Part shown: positions 1 through 12,500 of the stretch, piece by piece
Numbering within the stretch: the first letter of the stretch is position 1
Layout of the letters: each line of letters starts with the position of its first letter
Assembly (NCBI GenBank): GCA_030141605.1
Contig: JAQGDQ010000013.1
Coordinates: 186,001-250,000, forward strand
Reading direction: 5' to 3'
Length of the DNA: 64,000 bases
Origin: Tubiluchus corallicola
Lineage: Eukaryota; Animalia; Priapulida
Program-made: the position numbers and the translations under genes
Notes under the pieces: generated by a model
The model's input: only the letters and a program-made list of their open reading frames with translations
Databases searched by the model: none
What the model was told of the DNA's origin: nothing

Positions 1-879
1 GTCATCCACTGACATTTCCAAAATGTCACGACTATAACCCTTGGTCTGAAATTGGTACGAGTGTAATAATAAATAAAATACTGGGTACAACCGTCCGGAA
101 CAAGGACAATACGTTTTACCACATGCAGAAATACAATTTCAAACGCAAATTGGATGAATTGCAAGTTTTTCCCTCTCCTCACTCGTCTTGTGGTTTGAAC
201 AGATGCGTTGCTTTAATAGAATATTGAGTTGAATAGCTAGTGGGCGTTGTTGAACAAGCTAGCTTAAAAGCTAGTAAGTTTTCATAGCGCTAAATCATGC
301 ACGAGATAAGATGTCGGTGACTTATTCTCTTGGCGAATAGCTGTGTCTGTTCGCTAACGTTATGCAGTAACATTGTTTATATATATATTATGTGAAACGT
401 GTAAACTAATTATTATATGTAATAAATTACAAGTCAGTGTTCAATGCCCGGATTTGGGGAAATCTCAGTTTTTTTTCTAAATCTGACCATGCTTATTCTT
501 GCAGCCATGACATTAAGACACATTAAAACTTAATTGCTTTCAGAGAACTGTAATAATAAACTGAAGTGACAGTAAGAAACTCATAGTTTCAATATGGGGC
601 CAAATGTCTTCTGAGTTAGATCTGTGTGTCTTTGACATTTCTACTAGCCTGTTAAGCAGTCTATTTCTATCTTCTTATCAAGTAATTCCTATAGTAAATT
701 TTAGTATGTCCTTAATTGTGTTTGTTTTATCAGGTTGAGCTAGACAGCTGTTGCTCTTTCGAACTTTGGGACTTTTGTCACAGTCTCCAGCTGCCATTTA
801 GTTAGGCTATGATAATTGTTCGTTTTAGCTAAATATTTTGTCGGCTTGTCGAAAGATGATGCCATTTCTTAGATTTGCC

Positions 880-1260
880 TGATTTTGGAATAAGGTGATT
901 CTCAAGATGCGGTAAACAGGTAGAAACATCAATACCTGCACAACTAATGGTGGTCGTAATAGGAGGATCAAGGTCAGCTCACTGCAAAGAATTTGAGTTT
1001 GGGTGTCACCTACTGACAACTCAACATAGGTGAAAAAAATCCAAAAAGAGAGTCCAGAGAGTGGTAGGCTTAGTGGGAGAATCCAGGTGAGCTTAATGTA
1101 AGGACCATACTGACAGCTTAACATTGATAGATTTGACCTTTCCAGAAGGGAGGATCCAGGATTCGTACAATTGCAACTAAAGCGTTATAGAATCAGGTTT
1201 TATCATGCAAATGTCAGGTGTAGATGCTAGGTGTTGGGTGAGAATTGTTGGGTACTGACA
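880..1260 (+). mobile_element. Possible heavily decayed remnant of an RLE-type (R2/NeSL-like) non-LTR retrotransposon
   Basis: Fragments translate as RCGKQVET (zinc-knuckle-like, ~905-925) and LTLIDLTFPEGRIQDSY...GVDARCW (resembles the IELTVP.E restriction-like endonuclease motif), with stops and frameshifts. Motif resemblance only. Confidence 0.25.
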
Positions 1261-1980
1261 TGCAATGGCATTGAGGTTAAAGGTCACATGTGGACACAGT
1301 GTTGAAATATAGAGGTTATAAGTTTAAACAGCATATCAACTTATGAGACAATTGTGCGAAACTATCAACTTGTTCTCGGTAACAGAAGCAATTAAAGGAA
1401 TGGCTGATGCATCTGATCATGAAGATCAACACATCACACTCACATTAATTAGACACTGTTTGTTTTTATGCTACATAATTAGTCAGATTAAGAGATCAAA
1501 ACGTCTAAACAATTAACAACATGTGGACATGACATAGATAATCACACTTTAAAATCTCATCTCAGGTTTAAGTGCAAGGTATCTTTTCTAATTCTCTTTT
1601 GACGCTTTCGACTTGGGTATTCTTTCAGTTATATAACATGGATGCAATATAGTAGTGCTCATGCTAACTGAATTTTTAATCACACATTTGGACAATAAAA
1701 CACTATGGTAAAGATCGTATCATTTAAGGCTAATTTTGATTCATTAGTCTGAATTTTTTTGTAGAAGCAGTTTTCCAATAGTAACTGGCTGTGGTGTTTG
1801 TTCTGTAGAATTATGCCCACGATCTAAATCATGTAGTCTCTTACAAATAAACCTTATAGGTATCAACCCAATGCCTGAAAGTATCACTTCTATCAAGTAC
1901 TGTCTTGCCATATTTGCAAAAAAGAACATTCTTTTCCATTCCTATTTGGTTGGCTGAAACATACAGTTATAGACCATCAG

Positions 1981-2202
1981 CTGTAGCGGATAGCCCTATA
2001 GGCTGAATAGGCTGAAGCCTAAGGCCCGGGATCAAGTTTACACAATTTAAGTTTACACAAGGTAGACAAAAACTCACAAAATTAAACAAACTTACAAACA
2101 ACGAGAGCTCCACAAAAACACGTCAGCTCAGCAGTGTAGCAACATTTAAAAGGCCCGTTCCAAGCTCAAGCCTAAGGCCCATAAAATCATAATCCGCCGC
2201 TG
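1981..2202. mobile_element. hAT-type MITE (222 bp) with 8-bp TSD
   Basis: Flanked by ACCATCAG at 1973-1980 and 2203-2210. Imperfect TIR CTGTAGCGGAT vs CAGCGGCGGAT (rc of right end). AAGCCTAAGGCCC occurs near both ends. Confidence 0.7.
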
Positions 2203-3247
2203 ACCATCAGCTAAGTATTTGGATTTTTTTCTCTACTGAATGGTGCAATCAGAATATTGCATTGAAATGTTGCTCTGTTATGACTGTCAACTGCTATATG
2301 TCTTGTTACTAAAACTGAAATGTTCCAACATCATAGTTACAAACTTCTGAAATTCAGGTATGTTGAAATGCAGCTATGGTTGTCCTAAGAATGCTGATCA
2401 CTGAGACCACCAGGTGTGCATAATCTCATTACTAATGCTCTCAGAATGATCAAGACAACATACATCTTTATCAGCTTGTGACATATGACAAAAGTAGCTT
2501 TATTATCATGAAGAGTACAAAATTGAAGGATTGAAGACGAAACTTACCATGTTAACTCAAAATACCATAATTCCATTTACTTGATGAGTATCTGCCACTT
2601 GTGTATATTATTCTCACTTTATGCTTCAAAGCTCATGGACTGCAGGCTCTCATATGCTTTAAAACACAACATCTTATGTTTGACTTTGAACTTTGTTGCC
2701 CTGATCAGGGGGAAACAGACAGACAGACCTGACCAACAGACAGTTCCAAGTTTCAAATGTTTCGTGTTGATGCAGTTGCAGTTCAGATTGTTGGTACCAA
2801 AATCTTTGAAAGCACTGCTGCTCATAGAATTGGGCTCATTGAATTAATAATAAGAAATCAATAATGGAACATGCTTTGGTTTCATTATTCTGGCAGGCTC
2901 TTACTTTTTCTGTTCATCTATGGAGCTTTTATTGCTAAGATGCACAACCCTTTCACGGTATCTTAGCAAGATATCTAATCAATAACAAATAAACAGGTTC
3001 CACGTCATATCTTATACAGAAATGTATTGCATGGTGCCATCAAAGTCTTACGGTGTGAAACTACATATAAAATCAACAAATCAGAGGAAGGTTTGCAATA
3101 TCTGAGAAAGCCTTGAAAATATCTGTGTTGTGATGACAGCTTAATGACAGTAGAGTCGATAATAATGATGTTGTGCACTGCTTATATAATTTAGTTGCAT
3201 AAACTCAAATGTAAACCTAAATTCAAATTAATTTTATTGGTTACAAC

Positions 3248-3445
3248 TGATGATGATGGTAGCAGTGATGATGACATAGATGTTGATAGTGTTAATAGTC
3301 ATGCAGTGTAGGTGTTGGTGATGATTACGATAGTGATGATCGTGATGTTATTGTTGATAATGATAATGGTAATGGTGATAATGATGTTGGTGATGATGAT
3401 ATTGATGATGATGGTGAAGATCATGGTGATGGTGGTGATAATTAT
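3248..3445. repeat. Degenerate (GAT/GGT)n microsatellite
   Basis: Directly visible trinucleotide run just upstream of the first coding exon; explains the M/I/V-rich start of ORF 3312..3752. Confidence 0.9.
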
Positions 3446-3500
3446 GTTTGACTTTTCTTTTGCATTTTGTGATTATAGACTAGTAACGGAAAGAACTGTA

Positions 3501-6500
3501 ATGCTGGTGAAAATGGATAAAACTATTGAAAACTCCACTCCCGATCAAGGAGCGCCTCCTGCGAAGAAGCCTCGCTTAGCGGATACCTCGGGGCACATCT
3601 CCCTGACTCAAGTTACAACTAAGGCTGATACTGGACTGATTGGAGGACATTCCAAGCCAAAGGCTAAACCAGAGAGTAGTACAATGTGTCTACAACCTGG
3701 TGTAGTCAGAGGTAGATTTATCTTTTTAAAGGGCAAAATTCTTGAGCATTAGTTTGGGTCTTAAGAAAAAACACCTGGTTATTCAGTCACACGTTTGCTG
3801 TGCAACTGTGTCTGTCAGAATCTTCTTGACATACCTCTGTTTCGTATTATTATTTGTGCCTTTTTGTTTCTTTAGTAACTCGCACATTTACAGGATTAAG
3901 GTCACTAAGCCGACTAGGTGCACTCCTTGGGTAGGTGAATTTATGTTTATGAGCTGCACCCTCAGTTCGAAGGTCATGTTGAGGGTGGAACTTTTTTATT
4001 TTTTGTTACTCTTATCTCCTCCTACAGTTTTTGAGTTAAGGTCACGAGAGGAGGTTGAGCTCTTGTGCATGGCTGAGTAGGGGCCAAGTGCGTGTAGGAT
4101 AATTTTCCATTAAGGGACAAAAATTGCAATTGGGGTCGAGGACACCAATGCTTAGTGGTGTCGAACAATAGTAGTTTCTAACTTATAAGATATCAAACGA
4201 AAGCTCAGTGAGATAAATTGAATGGTATGAGTTATGCATGCATTGGTAGATTTCTGACCCCACTTGGGGACAAATATTGTTATTGTGGGTTAACAACACC
4301 AGTGCTCCATTGTAGAGAAACTGTGGCTTGTGGTGTATCAAGTGAAAGGTCCTGATGAGGCAAATAAATGGTATAAGTTACGGTCAGATGGATTGTCCTC
4401 TGACATTACCGGGGGCAAACCGAAATTTGGCGTCAGAAAGGTAAATACTTCCAGTGTCGAGCAATAGTCGTGGCACGTCACACCCATATTGGTTGACCCC
4501 AAGGTCACAGTCAAAAGGTGGCAAGTTTCCATTTCTTTGAAACTATTAATGCAAGTACAACAGTACTACGTACATATTGTTAACTATTTTGAAAAACATT
4601 TTTCATTTGTAAGCACAAAACAAAAGCTGTCACTTTAAGTTGTTTCTGTAACAGTTTTTGACAGGATCAAAAACATACACTAATTTCAGCTTTCTAACTC
4701 CAACTGAGTTGAAATAACTCCAGAAATATTTACCCAATTGAGTTAAAGTTTGGTACGGTGATTAGACAGGATTTCCTTAAAAAATTGCCACAAATTGGTT
4801 TTATTTAATTAATTACATCTATTTGATTAATAAATTTTAAATTCATGTAATTCGAATAGTGTTTGTCTATTTGAGTTTAAATTTGCTCTGATGATTAGTT
4901 GAGCTGTCCTTAGTTCAAAGTAAGAAATTTGTAGCAATTCACAAATCCGTTAATTAATCAGAGCTGTTTAATTAATTATTTTTAAATTGATTTAAATTAT
5001 ACGTTCCTTTGATTTAATTGAATCAATGTTTACTGGTATGTTTAGCTAGGAAGTCTTTGGTTCAAAACAAAAAATTTTTAGTTTTTAGCAATTCATTATT
5101 CTATTAGTTAATTAGAATTGTTTAATTAATTGATTTTAAATTTTTTTAAATTACATTTTTGCATGATCCAGTTGAGTTAAAATTTGAGCATGATGAGCCA
5201 GGATGTAGATGGTGTAAATCCACTGGCTTGGTATTTTGTGCAAATTGTCTGTTGCCACCTAAGAAGGGGGAAGCATTGTAGACAGTAGGGTTTTATATTA
5301 AACTACTGTACATCTAGTCAGTCTCCCTAAGGTATATATTTGATCACATAATAGTAATAAGATTGTTACTGATAATCTTATTTTTAACATATACTTAAAC
5401 TGTTAGGTCACAGTCACACATTATTATATACAATTATTGCCCAAGGACAGCCACATTCATCTGTGATCACACATCGCATTTCACACAAATAAATACTTAG
5501 TAAAACATTACAGCATTCAAATTTTGGAGAGTACCTGATAAATGTGGTTGATAATCGCTTTTTGTGCTTATTGTTCGTTACTGGGGCAAAATAGCTGTAT
5601 GGTAGGAATGTGGTATTTGGCCTTATCTAAGCCAATTAGAAAAACAAATGAGTGAACTAAATGAATGTATATATGATCAAATGACTGATTGAAGATATGA
5701 ATGAAATCAATGAATATTAGCAGTGCAGTATCAGTTTCAAAAACGAGTTAGTGAATGAATGATTGAGTGAGTTAATGGAGAGAACAAATGGCTGAGTAAA
5801 TGAATAAAACAAGCTTAAAAATAATGTTGAATCAAAAGTTAACCACGCAGACAGCTAGGGCAATGTACTCTTTATATTATAATTTTACATATAGTTTGTC
5901 CATTTTTGTCCATGGAAGATTTTATTATTTTGAAGGAACCGGTGCTATTAACTTGACTATATCAAATGGAGAGATATACACTCAGAGTTGCACTTCACGT
6001 CCAATTGTGACGCATGCTGCTGTGACACAAGCTGTCCTTGCTACTGCTGCAACCTCTACGGGAACTTTGGCCACCGCTTCTGGAATTACTTTTCGTCCGG
6101 CAGTGCGACCATTGTCAGCAGGGATACGGACAGGAGGAATTCGACCCGCTGGAATACCCGTCTCTCAGTTTTTAGTTAGAGCAGACCAACTGAATGCTCC
6201 TACATTGCTCCCTTTAAAAGGTTGGCCATATTGTTGTAAATGGTTTTCAGTAGCTTGTTTTTTAATGTGGGCTGTCATGCTATTAACGAAGTACTTATGA
6301 GAGGATATAATCCGTGCTGATTGTGGTTAAATAAATGATATTTGTAATCAGTCTCGTGATCTTTGTGTCGATATGTTTATTTACTGTGCACGCTGTTACT
6401 GTGCTTGAAAAGACAGAAGTTATTTCTAATTTCAAACATTATAATTACTAATTTCAGTGATATCATCAGTTGGTACTAGACTGCCACATACAACAACAGG

Positions 6501-9500
6501 CACAATTACAGTACCAGTCAACAACATGCTAGCTCTGCAGCCTGGTCCTCGAGGATCAATTGCTTTAGCTCCTATTATGCACCCATTGTCTCCGGGCATG
6601 ATACCTACACCACCAGCTGCCCACCAGGGTGGTGCCAGCAAACCTGTGCATATAACTGCTAGTCAGCCGATGGCAGCACACATGCAACGGCCTACAAGCC
6701 TTGCCATGGCGTAAGTTTTTCATTATTAACCTACTTGTTTCTGTTTGCTTCTACTGTTAGAGAACAAAATTTATGTGTGCATATTGCATATTGGTAATTA
6801 CACTCTTGCATATAATATTAACAAAACAAACACGATGACCATCATGCATATGTTTGTCTGATAATTTTCCGAGTTTTCAAAGTATTACCACTTTTTATTT
6901 GAGTTATTTTATTTACAGATTGTTTTAATTACAGTGTGTTGTATAATGAAATCTTTAACATTTTTAGGGGTGGTTTGCAACGGAGACCTACATTGTTACC
7001 AGTAATCACTTCAACTTGCACTCCCATTGCAGCTGTTCCAGCATCAGGGTTGTTGTCAACCAGACCTTTTGTGGTGAGGGTTTTCAATAGTCTAATATTG
7101 TAATAAGCTGTAATACACATTTATTGTAATAAATAAATTTTTAACTTAAGCAATTTGTTTAAAATAGAGACAACATCTAAACATGAAAGTGGGGGCCATT
7201 TTGTGGTGAATAGGAATATAGGAAGTCTTCAAAAAAAAAACTTGCTAGCTTGTAAGACTGTTAAGCAAGCTAGCAAGTTTTTTTTCTTTTCTTTTTTCTC
7301 ATCATCTCCTAAGTAATTGTTGCTCTTTCCCATACTTACTTTTTCTCATAAATTTTTCTATATTACACTTTTTTGATACTTATTTTTTCTTTCCATACTC
7401 TCACTTTTCTTTTAACTTTACTCACTAACCTGGTCAAATTCCCCTGTTAATAAGACCCCATTTGAAACTACTACATATAGTAATCCTAATTACTGAATAA
7501 TTGTATTGTTTTGTTTAGATTTTGGTATCCAACTTATTATTTTTTTGTTTTCAGTTCTTTTTGGATAATTTGTATCATTTATACTGTTTTTATTATTATT
7601 ATTTTTTTCTTATTTGTTTTTGTTTTTGTTATCTGCAGCATCACCGTTAATTTTTAATAGACTAATCTACTTATAAGAAAGGGCAGGAGACTAGATGACC
7701 CTATGGTCCTTCCCTGCCCTGCTCCATCATTATAATTACTTAATATTTAAAAAACTTTTAATGTTAAACTAATTGGAGAATATAAATGTTCTATGTCTAT
7801 GTTTATGTCTGTGTCTACTGAATTAGCAGAGGTAAATAAATAAATTTTTGCAATCTCCAAATGGCCTAGAAAATCCTGAAGTCAGACCATTTGTGTCAGA
7901 AAGGACCATATGTATACTACACATTTTTTTAACGTACTTGGCTTTTTATAGTTGGGTGCCTAGTGCCTGTCAGTGTAGTGTTGTATTTTGTTTATTATGT
8001 TTTGTAAGAGTGTATTCTTATTATCTTATTGTACCCACTTTCAAGTTAGTTTTGCACGGAAAGCTCCTATTTGATGATTATTCATCCTTGTGGTATGGCA
8101 CAAAGTTGGACGTTGCTAGACAATTAGTTTAGAATTTAAGTAGATTGCAAATTATATCTAATTTATCATAATGCCTACAGTGCATTGCTGACATAAAAAT
8201 CTCTTCCGTTTTAGTTAGTCTGGGTCTCTGTGATGGATGAGATGCAGAAATGCGTCTTTCAATAATAATATTAATACTTCTTTTACTTCCTAGCACCCAA
8301 AAAATATGAGAAATGCCTCTGTTCAATCTGTCTAGATTTCGCTCTTGCTGAGTGAGTAAAATGAGTTCTCAAGGTGTTAGTAAATGGACCTTGGCTGCTA
8401 AAATAAGAGAATCGCCATGTTGTTTCTATTTTTCCTTCTCTGATACGTTGCTTAATCTTCCCGAACCTAATTGTAAGCCTTGTGTATTTGCAGCATGCAC
8501 AAGTAAAACAAAAAACAGACTTGCAATCTGGACCACCACCGTTGCAACCTATTCAGGATTCAAGCAAGATTACCACTTTTGAAACTAAGGCATCTATACA
8601 GGTTAAGTGCTCTAAGTTTTTTACACTGGTTACATAATGCTGTTTAACTGAAAGTCAGTATTCACAATTAAGCAATAATGGATTAGTGAGGTTGGTGAGT
8701 GGTTATAAGAACATTCGACCTCACTTAGAACGTCATGGTATGTCTAGGTAGGAGTTGTTTTCCACAGATTTGCTAATTGTAATTGCTTTATGTAATGTTT
8801 TGCCATTAATGTTTCTTCTAATATTTTAAGAAATTATAAATCCTTTACACTTTGTTGCATGCTTAGGTACCAGCTATATCATCTCTAACCCGTGATTCCG
8901 CAAGTGGCATAACCATTATTTCCATGTCTCCAAGCAGTGTTACCACAGAGTCTAAAGACACAGCAAAAAACATTACCACTGTGCAAGCAGTCTCAAAAAA
9001 TGCTGGGAACACCATAACTGCTCCGAAAAAATCATTACCACCTGGAACAGAAACTGCAAATAGCACTCTGCCTGATGTGCAAATGACAGTTGTTAAAGCT
9101 GATGCTGTTCCTACAACTGATAAAGCTGTGCTATTAGATAAAACTGCAGAACTTGACTGTACCTCCAAAAAGGAGGGAAAGGCAGATGACGATGAAAAAG
9201 AAAAATGTTCTAGCAAGGAATCGGAGGATGCTCCGAAGAATCTAGACGAGAATAGTTTGAATGATTTTGATCCAATGAGCATAATGGATTGGAAAGACGG
9301 AGTAGGATCTTTACCTGGTAGCAATTTAAAGGTATTGGTACTTTAACAATTTATAGATTGTGTAGCTAGCATGAAAGAGAAATTCTTGATCATCAGGTAT
9401 TGTTTTTTGCCTTTCTAAGACCCGCTGATTGGGATTTACCTAGCAAGGAACAGTTGTACTAGAAATGTTTTTCAATGTGTGCAGTGTGCAGTGTATATGC

Positions 9501-12500
9501 TTTGTTTAAAGCAGCAAACGTCTAGCAAAGCTTCACATGGTAGGTGAACTAACCAGTTTGTAGCTAGTGATCAGTATAACAACTGCAGTGCAACCTCACA
9601 ACTATTTCTTAGAGGAAGAGGAAGAAAAGGAAACATGGAGGAGCAGAGAAATAAAAATAGATAAAAGAGAGGCAGAAGATGAGGAGAGGAAAGAGAGCAA
9701 ACAGAGGAAACATTGCAGGAATTCTTAGCGATCAAACTTAAAAGCAGGGTTTAACAATTATTGTATGTCCAAATTTTTTACCATGGAGGTTATCTTTGTT
9801 AACTGGTGTTGCACATACCCACACTGATAAACAGCAGTTTATATCAATGACAATGACTGTTTTTTGTTGTATGTTGTCACAGCATGTTGCTTTTTTTGCT
9901 AACGATTATTAGTGAACAGGTAAATCAATAAATAACAAGGTATACCTAAACATTTTTAAACGTGCTTATTATTTATACTTTAGTTTCGCCTCAATGAATT
10001 TGGACTGATGGAAGTTATTACTGAGGATGAAGCTAATGAAAATGAAAACAGCAGCGGGGAAATGAAATGCACTGCTAGTAAGTTTTGGATTCAGTTTAGA
10101 GCAAAGTTCAACTAGTTTTCTCAATGTAACTTTAGCACACGATTTGTCGCATAAAATGCAAGCAGTACCTCCGTTCAGCTTTGGCCGTGCTACACATACA
10201 CACAGTACTAGGATCCAGTAAAATCTTTTTTCCCGACAAGTTTTTGTGTGGCTAATATTTAGTTGACCTTGCATCGTTATCATTAGAAATTTTTTAGATT
10301 GATGAAACAGTCCTTATTGATTTGAAAAATTGAGTCACATCTGTATTATCTTTATTAACGAGCGTGAGATTCTCGCGTGTTACTGCTAGAGTTATCTGTA
10401 CTAGTTTAATGTTAACTAATTACAACACTGCATCAATTATTTTTGTGTTCCGAAGCTTCACAAATATTTCTATTTCCTATTTTTCTACGAATAAACAAAT
10501 GTAACAGTCTTGATGCACTTGCTTTTATAGTGGTTTGTATACATCTTATTGTATTAAAAAACAAGTTCTTGGTATTTTGCAAATGATTTCAATTGTGTAT
10601 TGATTTAAACTGACAAATAATTTACTAATTTGAACTCTCCGTTTCTGATCATAATTGTTTGAATTTTAGCTAAATTTAATTTTCTTATTTCGCTTTGTTT
10701 AGGCAGTGATAGGAGAACTTCGACTGTGACTGTGTCCAACAGTGATTTAGACTTGGCATCGCGTGGGATCTGCTGTTGTGAAAACTGCGGCATGTATGGA
10801 ATGATCAGCGAGTTTTGCAAATCTGGCAAATTTTGCAGCCAAGCTTGTATCACTGCTTTTGAAATGTTAGTTGCATCTATTTCTGCTAATATAGTTTCAG
10901 ACATTGTAAGCCTGTCCACTTGTCATAAGGAGTACTGTATTTATTGCCCTTAACAAAACTTATAATGTGTAATGTGAAAATTCTTGCTACTTTGATGTGT
11001 AAACTTTTACTGTGTTTAAAATGCAATAAATATAGTATTATATTGCTGTCATTATATTGTACGGTTCAGGTAGTTGAATTTTTTAAATAATTTTGACTTT
11101 TTTTGTGAAAATGGCATAGGAAACCCCGACCAGCGGATGTTGCTTCAGATGATAGTGTAAAGAAGAAGAAACGGAAGATGACTGAAGATGGTGACATGAA
11201 TACTGTTAGTGTTGCTATTAATCATTCTGTCTTAGAGAATAGAATTTATTATGGTTTTCCCAAATTTTAGTGTTAACTACAATAAACTCTTTTTATAGTA
11301 ATAATTTTAACTATGGAGTTTTCTTCATATGTTAGCTGCAACAGGCTTTTTGTATGTATCGCCAATTTTGCTAAAAATGTAAATGATGAGCAAGATAATA
11401 TACTAAATTACTGTTTTAATAAATGATTTGTAACTCTTATAGAAACTCTACTAGCAAGTAGCAAGTGACCTGTATGCAGTGTCACATTATTCTATAGGCT
11501 AGTATAGACTGCACCCTAAGACTCTTCAAGCCAAACTTGATGGGCCCTGCTAAAAGATTTTTAAATATAATTTTTTTGGAAACAGTATAATATTTTAATA
11601 TTTTACGTGGCTGAATAATTCATTTACCTTGAAATAAAATTTCAACTTTAGAAAAAGGAGGCTCGGGAGTCTGCAAACCCAATTTAAAAAAATGGCACGT
11701 TATCTCAAATATAATTTGAAACCCGTTATCCGACATAAGAGGTTCTAGCTGTTTGCAATAAGTTTATTTTAAAGCTTTGTAAATATATCACGAGTAAAAA
11801 ATATTCAAGGTGGATGCATGCCACTTGGAGGGAAGCTGATTTCATTAGCGTAAGGGTCGCAAAAGGTTATAGTCTGGCTTGGCTTGTACGCCAGTTGTTT
11901 TTCTGTTAAATTGTTAAATGAAAAGTATAAACAATAGATGATTTTCAGACGTAAAGCAATATAATTTTTTGGTTAAAGAGAACAGGCGATAGCAAACAAC
12001 GAAATTTGTTAGCATTAAAATGCGAAAAAAACTAGTCTAAAAGGAAACTTTTAGAGTAGTTCTCTGTTAAAATAAATTTTTGAAATGGTGATTTTTAAGG
12101 TATTTTAGATTTTTAAGTTTATTGGCTATTCTAACTTCTGTTTTATTGCTTACCCTAATTTCGTGTTCTTTTTTTAGATAAATTTCAAGGTAAAAAATCG
12201 ACAAGATTTGAAGATGACAATCCGCATGCCAAAATCCGAATCTCCAGATTTGGATACTGCTGGTCTGGATGGTATCAGCAATGGGTTGCAAAATTTGGGA
12301 AAACGAGTAAAGGGCTTTTCCTGGAAAAAATATCTGGAAGATGAGAAGGGTAAAGCTGCACCTTCAAAACTTTTCAACGAGGTGACTGAATTAATTCTAT
12401 GCTCGAGTAATGCAGACATTTGTATATCTTTTCACAGTTACTAGTTATGTTCCAATTCGTAGATTCTGCTTTACAATAGACTCAGCTATTTTCAAGTGAC

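Noticed and set aside
3312-3478. Hydrophobic M/I/V N-terminus of ORF 3312..3752 (looks like a signal/TM segment)
   Set aside because: Translation of an intronic (GAT)n microsatellite; the real exon starts after the AG at 3477-3478.
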